From NCBI RefSeq assembly GCF_016433145.1, contig NC_058131.1, forward strand, positions 479,957,186 to 480,021,185: a stretch of 64,000 bases of DNA. The letters run 5' to 3'. A program made the position numbers and the translations under genes. Each line of letters opens with the position of its first letter. Position 1 is the stretch's first letter. Of the stretch, positions 50,401 to 60,082 are shown piece by piece. The stretch comes from Gracilinanus agilis (Eukaryota). The notes below the pieces were generated by a model. The model made no database searches, was not told the DNA's origin, and worked only from the letters and a program-made list of their open reading frames with translations.

Positions 50401-52142
50401 AAGGTATATGGGGGGAGGGGGATTGGGACATAGGAATCAAAGGATATAACCTTTGATTTTCCAGACCCTGATGTCTTACTACCCATTTTCCCTATCTTTT
50501 GCCCCACACACACACACCCATAGTGATGAACCTCATGTGACTTTAACAGTTGGCAATACTTATTATGATTGTCTTCTGGATACAGGAGCCTCAAGGTCTG
50601 TATTGAGGAACTCACCTGATTCAAATTGTAATCCCATTGGCTCAGTAAATGTAATAGGGGTATGGGGCATCCCTAAAAGTTCCAAAGCTTTCCCCTAAAA
50701 TTATGTCTGTATGTCCTTTGAGTGTGGAGCACTCTTCTTGATGCCTGGCTCCCCTATAAATTTGCTAGGGAGAGATCTTTTATGCAGGCTCAGAGCCAAA
50801 ATAACTTGCTCCCCAGATGGCTCCATTTCATGGAATTACCTGAAGAATCCTTAACTTTACTCTCTTTTCTTCTCTCAGACAACCAAGAGATGAAGTAATC
50901 TCTCATTTTTTGAGATCCCAACTGATACACCTAAATCTCTCTGGGCCACATCATCTTCTGACATTGGCCTACTTAAATCGGCTGTCCCTGTTCAAATTAA
51001 AACAAAATCTAGCCCACCTCCTTCTATTCCTCAATACTCTCTTTCAAAGGAGGCAATTGAGGGCATTACCCCTGTAATAAATTCATTAATTGACCAAGAC
51101 ATCATAATTCCTTGTAAATCTGAATACAATGTGCCCATCCTTGTTAAAAAAAAACAAAATTAGGACCCAACAGCAAGCATCTCTATCGATTTGTCCAAGA
51201 TCTGAGGGCGGTAAACAATCACTTTATAAAAAGACACCCCATAGTTTCCAACATAAACACTATTATTTCTATTCTTAGCACAGTTACACACTTTACAGTA
51301 GTAGACTTGTGTTCTGCTTTCTTTTCTATACCCATACATGAAAATTCCATGCATAGTTTTGCTTTCACCTGGAAAGGTTCCCAAAGGACCTGGACCCATT
51401 TACCCCAAGGTTTCATAGACAGCCCTACATTGTTTACACAATTATTACTTGTTGATACTGATTCCATTAAATTTAAACACAGCTGTTTAATACAATATAT
51501 GGACGATTTACTCTTGGCATCATCTAATGCTGAAACATGCCATGAGGATAGCAAGCACCTCCTTTTCGAGCTACATAAGAGAGGCCCAGTTCAATGGTAT
51601 CTCCCCAAAGTACAATATTTAGGTTTTATTTTAACTGCTGGGTCCCGTTTAATTTCTCCTAAGCATATTGAGAGTATCCAAAAATTAAGCTCTCCTACTA
51701 CTAAAAAGCAATTGAGGGTGATTCTTGGAGCAACAGGATTTTGTCAGTAGTGGATCCCTTGCTATGGGGAAATCACTAAGCCCCTTATATCACTCACAAA
51801 AAATTTGGTCCCTGAACCACTTAAATTGGAAAAAGAACATCTCACAGCTCTTTCAAATCTAAAACAGGCTATGCTATCTGCCCCTGTTCTAGACATCCCA
51901 GATTACAACAAACCATTTGAGAGGAATAGCTTCAGGTGTTCTAACTGAACTTTTGGGACCTACTCAACACCTGGTAGCCTATTATTCTGCCCAATTAGAC
52001 CCAGTAGCTTCAGGAGCACCACCATGCTTTAGGGGAATACTGCCACTGCTTTATTAGTAACCAAATCTGCCAATCTAGTATTAGGATGCCCTCTGACCAT
52101 AATGTGCCTACATGAGGTCGAGGCATTATTATTAAGATATAG

Positions 52143-53046
52143 TGTTGTGTGGAAATTGGAGGTAGATTGGTAATAAGAGGGCTGCTCACTTGGGCCTGAC
52201 AGGCTCTGTTGACTGAGTCTGCCAAATAGGCACTGGAATCACAGGCACTGGATGAATCTGGGCTGGTGAGTGAAGTGTTTGCCAGGTGGTTACCCAATGT
52301 GTCAGTAACCCCAGGGCCTATGAAGATCAGCTTAGCCAAGCCTCTGCCTCTACAACAGCACCCAAGTCAGGAACCTAATGGGAGTTGTATAAGTGTTCAA
52401 GAACTCCTCTAGCCCTGGCTTGGGGTTGGATTTGATGGGTTGGTCTGGGCTGGTATAGATATGCTCACTGGATTTCTGACTATGGTTTATAAATCCCTTC
52501 CCTAATCGGCTATAGATGTTTCACCAATTAGAAAAGGAACACCAATCTTCTTTGAGCTGCAACAGGATTTATTTACTATCTATAAGGGTTAGGAACAAGG
52601 AAATAAGATAAAGGTTTGGGAAATGCTAAGCTTAAACTAAATAATAAAAGTGATCTAAATCAATGGATGATAGGTTTGATAATAGGCTAGAGCTTTCTTT
52701 TCCCTCTCTCAATCCCTGGCTTAGCCTGGCTGTGGCACAAGCCAAAGGATAGGGAGGTGAGTGATGTTCTTGTTGATTGTGGTGTTATCTCTCTCAGCTC
52801 TATAGTAGCAGGTAATTGATTTCCTTTGGCACTCAGATATGGATGCTGGATTGCAGGTCTAGGCCTACCCTCCCAGTAATTCTCAAAAATGAGACCAAGT
52901 GTGTTGTTGTCCCTGGGTATTTATAGGGTGGTTCCAACTGTCCTTTGGCCCTGGCTCACGCCACCCTACTCACATTCCAAGGTCTTCAACTGACATTCCT
53001 GTCACTCAAGATGTTCTTCATCTTATCCCAGAAGTTCCTTATTACA
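52143..53046 (-). mobile_element. Nested solo LTR (904 bp) inside pol
   Basis: TGT...ACA termini; 4-bp TSD ATAG (52139-52142 / 53047-53050); pol reading LLLRY|RTQAF rejoins on removal; TATA-like ctataaatac and AATAAA (52568-52573) on the minus strand. Confidence 0.9.
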
Positions 53047-54210
53047 ATAGGACACAGGCATTTACCAATAAAAGAATTATGAGATACAAAATAACTATTA
53101 AATAATGAACAAATCATGTTAAAACTCTGTGGCGTTCTTAATCCTGCAACCTTGCTCCCTGATTTGCCAACTTCTGGAGAAACTTTACATACTTGTACAT
53201 CTTTAGTGTCCATTGCTGATAAACCTTGTAATGATTTACTAGACACACCTTTGGATAATTCGGATTTAATATTATTTACAGATGATTCTTCATTTAAGAA
53301 GGATGGTGTGCGCTATACAGCAGCTGCAGTAGTTACCAAATTTGCCACTTTGTGGTCAGCTTTTTTACCCTCAAATGTAAGCACACAAGGTGTAGAACTC
53401 ACAGCTTTAAAACATGTATGTATCATTGCAAAAGACAACAGAGTCATGATTTACATGGACTCCCATTACACACTCAGCATATGTCACACTGTTGGCATGC
53501 TCTGGCTTCAGAGGGGATTCTTAACATCAGCTAGAAAAAGTATTGCCAACACAAACCTTATTACTGACCTTCTTTCTGTCCTCCAGCTCCCCGAAGCCAT
53601 AGTTGTCATTCACTGCTCTGCCCACACATGTGGCACTGACCCTGTCTCCAGGGGAAATGAGCGAGCAGATGCCTCAATGAAACTAGTGGCCTTGGAAGGA
53701 CCTGAGTTAATTTTGATACTAACAATTACTGATGATTTCAATCTATCCCTTTCCTACAATGATAAGGACGTGGGAAAATGAAAGAAAAAATTTAAAGCTA
53801 AACAAATTAATGGAGTATGGGTATCATCAGAAGGCAAACCCCTGCTCCCTAGAAATTTCTATAACCAAATTTGTCACTCCATCCATAAACATGATCATTT
53901 CAGCGCCCCGGGCATTGTAGATTGTATTTAAAAAGTACGGATAGCACATGGAATAATTACAATTGCCTCCAAAGTATGTATATTTGTCCTACCTGACAGG
54001 CTTTTTTAACCAGCATACTTTTCATGGTAAAGCCTTTGGTGGACATCCTCTTGCTTACACACCTTTCGAACACCTACAAATTGATTTTATCTCTATGCCA
54101 AAATCTGGGCAGTATAAATTTTGTCTGGTCATAGTCAATCAGCTGACCAGGTGGCCTGAAACATTTTCTACTGCTCGAGCCACATTGGCTTTTGTTACCA
54201 AAATTCTTTT

Positions 54211-54342
54211 TTTTTTAAACCCTTAACTTCTGTGTATTGGTTCCTAAGTGGAAGAGTGGTAAGGGTGGGCAATGGGGGTCAAGTGACTTGCCCAGGGTCA
54301 CACAGCTGGGAAGTGACTTGCCCAGGGTCACAGAGCTGGGAT
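54211..54342 (-). mobile_element. 5'-truncated young SINE inserted in integrase
   Basis: 13-bp TSD ccaaaattctttt (54198-54210 / 54343-54355); SINE1_Mdo-like 3' half. Confidence 0.9.
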
Positions 54343-55536
54343 CCAAAATTCTTTTGAAAGAAATTATTCCTCGTTTTGGAATGCCAGCACATATTGATTC
54401 AGATAGAAGAACGCATTTTACAGATTCAATCTTATCTCAGATTTATGTATTCATGTTTGGGGATAACTCCTAAATTTCATAAACCATATCATCCCCAGAG
54501 ATCCAGCCAAGTTGAAAGGATGAATAAAAAACTTAAATCTATGACTGGCAAATTATGCATGGAGGCTCATTTAAAATGGCTCAAAATTCTACCTCTGGCA
54601 CTATTTTATCTCAGAAGCAGACCCAGATTTGATTTACACATCTCACCATTTGAGATGTTTTTTGGACATCCACTTATTCAGGCACAGCCATTTAACCCTG
54701 CCTATACTTCATTGTTAGGAGAGAATACAACCATTGCCACGTATATCAGACAATTACAAACGAAATTGCGAGAACTCCATGACTCTGGAGCTGCTGTTCA
54801 GGCAGGCCCCATAGACTTCTTGCTTCATGATTTAAACCTAGGTGATAATGTATACATAAAAAATTTCAAATGTACTAGGTCGACTGAACCTCCTTATGAC
54901 AGACTGTTCCAAGTCCTATTAACTACACCAACAGCCATTAAAACTGGGGAGAGGGACTCATGGATTCATTATAACCATGTAAAACACGTACCTTCTGTTG
55001 ATGATGAATAATTGCCTATACTGATTGTATTTGACTATTGATTGTATTTGACTAAGATTCCCCTATTGCTAGATCTATACTATTTTGTTCCATTATATTT
55101 TATTGATCCTTCTACTTGAACAAATTGCCCTTGTAGAACAACACATATACTACTTCAAAAACAAAACAAAACAAAAAAACAATATCTATTTTAGTGACCT
55201 ATATTAACCTGATGTGCCTTTTATGAATTTTTTTATTTCCCAGAATGTATTATTGTTTTTATAACTCCATTGTTTTATCTACCTCATTTGCACTCATACT
55301 GTGAATCATGGCAAGTTAAAGAGGAAATGAATCCTATATTTTACCTCTGTGATTGTGAAATATATACATTAAAAAAATTTTTTTTTGTTTTTCTTCCTAC
55401 ATGTGCAACACAGTATTTGATTTTTTTCTCTCATTTTTTGTATTTGAAGCACATGTCACCAGTATTGAAAAGATTTTTTTAATGTTTTGATTTTAGCAAT
55501 AGAATAAGCTACGATGTCCATTGACCCAGCATATAA

Positions 55537-55980
55537 ATGCATACTGAAAAGGTTTGGAGTATGGCAACTTGCACTAGTTATTTAAATACTATGAGACTTT
55601 TGCTTGATGACTATGTCTAAATCAAGGAAAAAACTGACTACTAAGGAGCACAGAAGTTAACCTGCGAAGTGCAAAAGAAGCACAAAGGTAAAAGAGACCA
55701 AACCAAACCTATGGGGATTGATGACATTCTGCGCAAAGAGCGTGGCAACTTGATCATGTGCAAGATTCGAGGTTACGGCTGGTTAGCATGTGTTAAATGC
55801 AGGACTTCCTTGTACCACACTCTTTATCAAGTATACAACATCAATTGTTCTGGCTCCATTATCCGGAAAAGCAAGGAAAAGGGTCAGACCAGTGAATACT
55901 GTTTCCCATTTCCTTCGAGATCTAGTCTCTTTTTTCTATTTTCTTTCATTATGTGGCAACAATGTAGTCCAGACTGTTGA
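55537..55980 (+). pseudogene. Unidentified reading frame between pol and the 3' LTR
   Basis: One frame from ATG 55537 to TGA 55980 with two internal TAA (55618, 55642); no env hallmarks; function unknown. Confidence 0.35.
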
Positions 55981-56630
55981 ATTGGGTTAATAATGATTGT
56001 CGTTGCAGATTTATGGGACATGAATTGCTACAAGAACCTTTTGTGATTTGTGAAATTTTTTCTTTCCTTCTTCCTAGAATTTTTTTCACATTTTTGATAT
56101 TTCATATTTCACTCAGAAGTTATTTTTTAAATTTCTTTGGATTCTTTAATATTTTTGATAATTGATTATATGCCTTATTAATCCACTATGTATCCCTCTG
56201 TGATTCTTATTATGCATCCCTGTATCTTCCTCAGTGGGGAATGTTATCCTCTTCAGGGGAGGACTATGTTATTGTTGTGAATTTTTTATTTTGAATTTGA
56301 GTTTAATTTAGAACAAGAGACTACCTCCCCAAATCCAGAAGGTGAACTTTTTGGAGAAGGCACCACGAAGATGCCTGCAGAGACTGCACGCTGCTCCAGG
56401 AGTTCGTGAGCAAACTGAATGTGCAGAATTGAACTTTGGGGGGTTGAATACATTTGCTTATATGTACTTTATTGTACCAAAGGGGCTGCCCCCTAATTGG
56501 TTTTATTCTTGATTCCCTTTTGTGTCCTTATTCCCAAATTGTTGTATTTTCCCTGGGTAAATATTGTATATACCTTAGTTAATTATGTTTAAAATGATCC
56601 ATTGGAGAGACTGGTCTCTGAAAGGATCAC

Positions 56631-56639
56631 AGTGGGGAA
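56631..56639 (+). promoter_or_regulatory. Polypurine tract
   Basis: agtggggaa immediately before the 3' LTR TG. Confidence 0.8.
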
Positions 56640-56896
56640 TGTGCAGGTGGAAAATTTGCCACATGTGAGCTACATTCCCAGCATTCTTTTAAGTATGTCC
56701 TCATTTGACGTACAGAGGCTTGGGAGATAAATTTGGCTGAGACCCATGCTGCAGAGCTCTTTTTGGGCTTTTGCTTTGGTCAAAATGTGGCAGGTGTGGG
56801 TCTCAGACTGAAGGAATCCCTTTACCTCTCATTTTTGTTATCATTAAATCCTTTAATTTAAAATATCAGGAATATTTATTCATTTTTACTCCTACA
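56640..56896 (+). mobile_element. 3' LTR (257 bp)
   Basis: About 89% identical to the 5' LTR by manual alignment, plus a ~21-bp indel. Confidence 0.95.
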
Positions 56897-58541
56897 CCTC
56901 TCAAACAGTTGTGTTACTGGAAAACTCTGTGAACCAAACACAGACATGGTCATATTGGCATTTGTGTGCTACCCGTGCAGGGGCATCTGTGTTTTAACAG
57001 AATTCCTGGATGTGTAAAGCCTTAATTCAAAGAAATGAATCTCTGCTGGGGTATTTCAGAAAAAGTGACAGACCAATTAAAAAATATTTGGGGACTTGAG
57101 AGACTTTAAATCATGGGAAGGAAACTTTTGGCTAAGATAGATACTTGAATGGAAGCAAATTATCCAGTTCTCACACACCTACTCCAGTGAAAACCTAGAA
57201 AGCATATGGGTATTTTGGGTAGGTTGGTCAGGACCGAATGATTCTCACCTAAACTAGAATCACCTGGGTTCCTGTCCTGATAATTAGAAACTACAGTAAG
57301 TGATTTCTTCTATCCGAAAACTACAAAACAAGTCACACAGCCCATGGACCTCTAGAAATGGGGCTGCCAGCAAAACCCTTGCCAGTGCTAGCAAAGAAGT
57401 CACCAATCTTTCAATGTAAGCAGAGAGGGGCCAAGGACACATGTATCTTGCAAGGCTATTTGTATCCCCAGCAATTAGGACAGCTGCTGGTATTGAATTA
57501 AGTAACAAGAATATACCAGGGTGGTAATGGGATGTTAGTAGGTTCAAGGAATGATTGATCAGGACCAATATCAGAAGATACACAGGGTTTGGGAAGGTCA
57601 ACAGGATTTAGCTGACAGGATAACAAATGTAGTCCAAGCAGGGTTAATAAACACAGGGATAGTTTAAGGTAAGGGAAGGTAGGGAAGAGAATTTGGATAA
57701 TCTTATCTTATGTATCTAACTAACCCTCCCCAACAAAACTACAGTTGTTCCATCATGGGAAGTCTTCAGAGATGTTAGCTACACTGTCCTTTAGCTCTCT
57801 ACCTGAAGTCTTGGTCCCTAATATAAAAAAAATCCACTAACACAAATCCCCCGTTGGATGGTAATAGAAATAATTAGGTTGGGAGCTAAGCAGGGACAGG
57901 GCTTGGGGAAAAGTTCTCACTGAAAGATGCCTTAGATGATTCAAACAGCTCTGTTGATGTATCTCTCAGTCAGCAGGAACAGAATAACCACAGGAACAGG
58001 TTGATGATAAGATTGTAGCAGAAGGAAAGTCACAGGAGAGAATAATCTAATCTCACATGGTCCACCCAGGAGACAAGACAAGACCCAACCTCCAGGCTCA
58101 ACTGTCTGTTAGAAGATAGCCCTGTCACTTCTCCAAAATTCCAGAAACTTTCCTGCCTCTGCTCTTTTCAGCAGCTCCTGCTCATATACTCAAATCTTTG
58201 TAACAGTATGTAGTAGGCACTTAATAAATGTTTATTAATTGACTCCATCAGCAATAAAAATGGAGCAAGAGGAAGTATGCCCAGGAAAATCCCTAGTATG
58301 TTTGGATGTCCACATTGGGACCTTAGTCTTCCAGACCAGAGGCAGCTATCAGACTCCAGGACAGGTCTGGGAATTGGGGTTTGGAAGTGATGGAACTAAG
58401 AGGGTGACTCAGTAGCAGCAAAAGCTGAAACCACTCTGTCCTTCCAAACCAATCTTTAAAAAGCACTTCAAAATGACAGGAATCAAAATCCAACAGCAAG
58501 ATGGAGTGAGGGGGCTCTCCCACTGAACACAACTCAAAAGG

Positions 58542-58544
<3 letters not shown>

Positions 58545-58622
<78 letters not shown>
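58545..58622. repeat. (GA)n microsatellite in the L1 5' region
   Basis: Direct reading; one interruption. Confidence 0.95.
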
Positions 58623-59409
58623 TCAATTTTCATGGGATAAGAAGGAACTGGAAGCAGAACTGCCCATGGAGGAGTTCCAGCCAACCCCCCCCCCCAAAAA
58701 AAAAAACCTACTGTGCCAGGTTCTAAACCTGAGGACAGACCAACTTCAGGATCCAGGGACCCAGGCTACATCAACAAAAGAGCACCTCAGACCTACTCCT
58801 TAAAACCCAGGCCTTGACAATAGCCTACAGTTCATAGCCTTTTCTTTCTTTCCTTTCAAGTTTTTAAGGCTCCACTGTCATGGAGACCTAGCCCCAGGGC
58901 AAAATAGCTCACGGTGCCGAACCCTGTAAGCCAGTAGAGGAGACAGAATCAGCAAGCAGCTTGCAGAATTTCCAGTCCATGGGCAAAAAAAAAAAGGAAT
59001 GAGAAAATGAGCAAACAGCAGAAAAACCACTTAACCCTCAAAAATTTCTACAGGGACAAAGAGCAGAACCAATAGAGGATGGTGAAATCCAAGCAATTAC
59101 AAGCAAAACTTAAAAAAATAAGAATTGATCTCAAGCTCTGGAAGAACTCAAAAAGGAATTTTAAAATCAAATAAGAGGTTGAAGAAAAATAGAAATAAAA
59201 ATGGGAAAATGAAATGAAAGTGGCGCAAAAAGAAGATACCTTAAAAAACAAAATTTGTCAACTGGAAAAAGAGGCACAAAAATTCAATGAAGAAAAATGT
59301 TTCTTAAAAAACAGAATTGACCTACCTGAAAAAAGGGGCCCAAAAAAAATCCAGTGAAGAAAAGTAGAATGGATCAAATGGAAAAGGAAGATCAAAAGGT
59401 CATGGAAGA

Positions 59410-60082
59410 GGGGGCAGCTGGGTAGCTCAGTGGATTGAGAGCCAGGCCTAGAGACAGAAGGTCCTAGGTTCAAATCCAGCCTCAGACACTTCCCAGCTGT
59501 GTGACCCTGGGCAAGCCACTTGACCCCCATTGCCTACCCTTGCCAATCTTTCACCTATAAGTCAATACACAGAAGTTAAGGGTTTATCGGCCAAGGGTGG
59601 GGGGGGGACGCGGGNNNNNNNNNNNNNNNNNNNNNNNNNNNNNNNNNNNNNNNNNNNNNNNNNNNNNNNNNNNNNNNNNNNNNNNNNNNNNNNNNNNNNN
59701 NNNNNNNNNNNNNNNNNNNNNNNNNNNNNNNNNNNNNNNNNNNNNNNNNNNNNNNNNNNNNNNNNNNNNNNNNNNNNNNNNNNNNNNNNNNNNNNNNNNN
59801 NNNNNNNNNNNNNNNNNNNNNNNNNNNNNNNNNNNNNNNNNNNNNNNNNNNNNNNNNNNNNNNNNNNNNNNNNNNNNNNNNNNNNNNNNNNNNNNNNNNN
59901 NNNNNNNNNNNNNNNNNNNNNNNNNNNNNNNNNNNNNNNNNNNNNNNNNNNNNNNNNNNNNNNNNNNNNNGGGGGGGGGGTTGAAGGGGAAAGGTGGAGC
60001 ATGAATCATGTACCCATGTTAAAAATGAATATTAATAAATGCTAAAAAAAAAAAAGAAGTTAAGGGTTTAAAATAATTAAAA
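59410..60082 (+). mobile_element. Young SINE1_Mdo-like SINE inserted in L1 ORF1
   Basis: 16-bp TSD aaaaggtcatggaaga (59394-59409 / 60083-60098). Confidence 0.92.
59587..60054 (+). mobile_element. Young 5'-truncated L1 3' end nested in the SINE tail (contains the gap at 59615-59970)
   Basis: 16-bp TSD agaagttaagggttta (59571-59586 / 60055-60070); G-rich tract, AATAAA and polyA. Confidence 0.8.

Larger units (their letters stand above)
50460..55011 (+). pseudogene. pol: pro-pol remnant (protease, RT, RNase H, integrase)
   Basis: LLDTGAS; YRFVQDLRAVN; VDLCSAFFSIP; LPQGFIDSP; QYMDDLLL; LFTDDSSF, IYMDSHY, RGNERAD; LQIDF, IDSDR, YHPQRSSQVERMN; SWIHYNHVK; disrupted by stops, frameshifts and two insertions. 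Confidence 0.95.
47888..56896 (+). mobile_element. Full-length degraded class I (gamma-like/ERV1) provirus, no recognisable env
   Basis: Two related LTRs, 4-bp TSD CCTC (47884-47887 / 56897-56900), PBS, PPT, and gag-pro-RT-RNaseH-IN remnants. Confidence 0.95.

Noticed and set aside
55012-56630. env gene
   Set aside because: No furin site, fusion peptide, immunosuppressive domain or CX6CC motif found in any frame I read.
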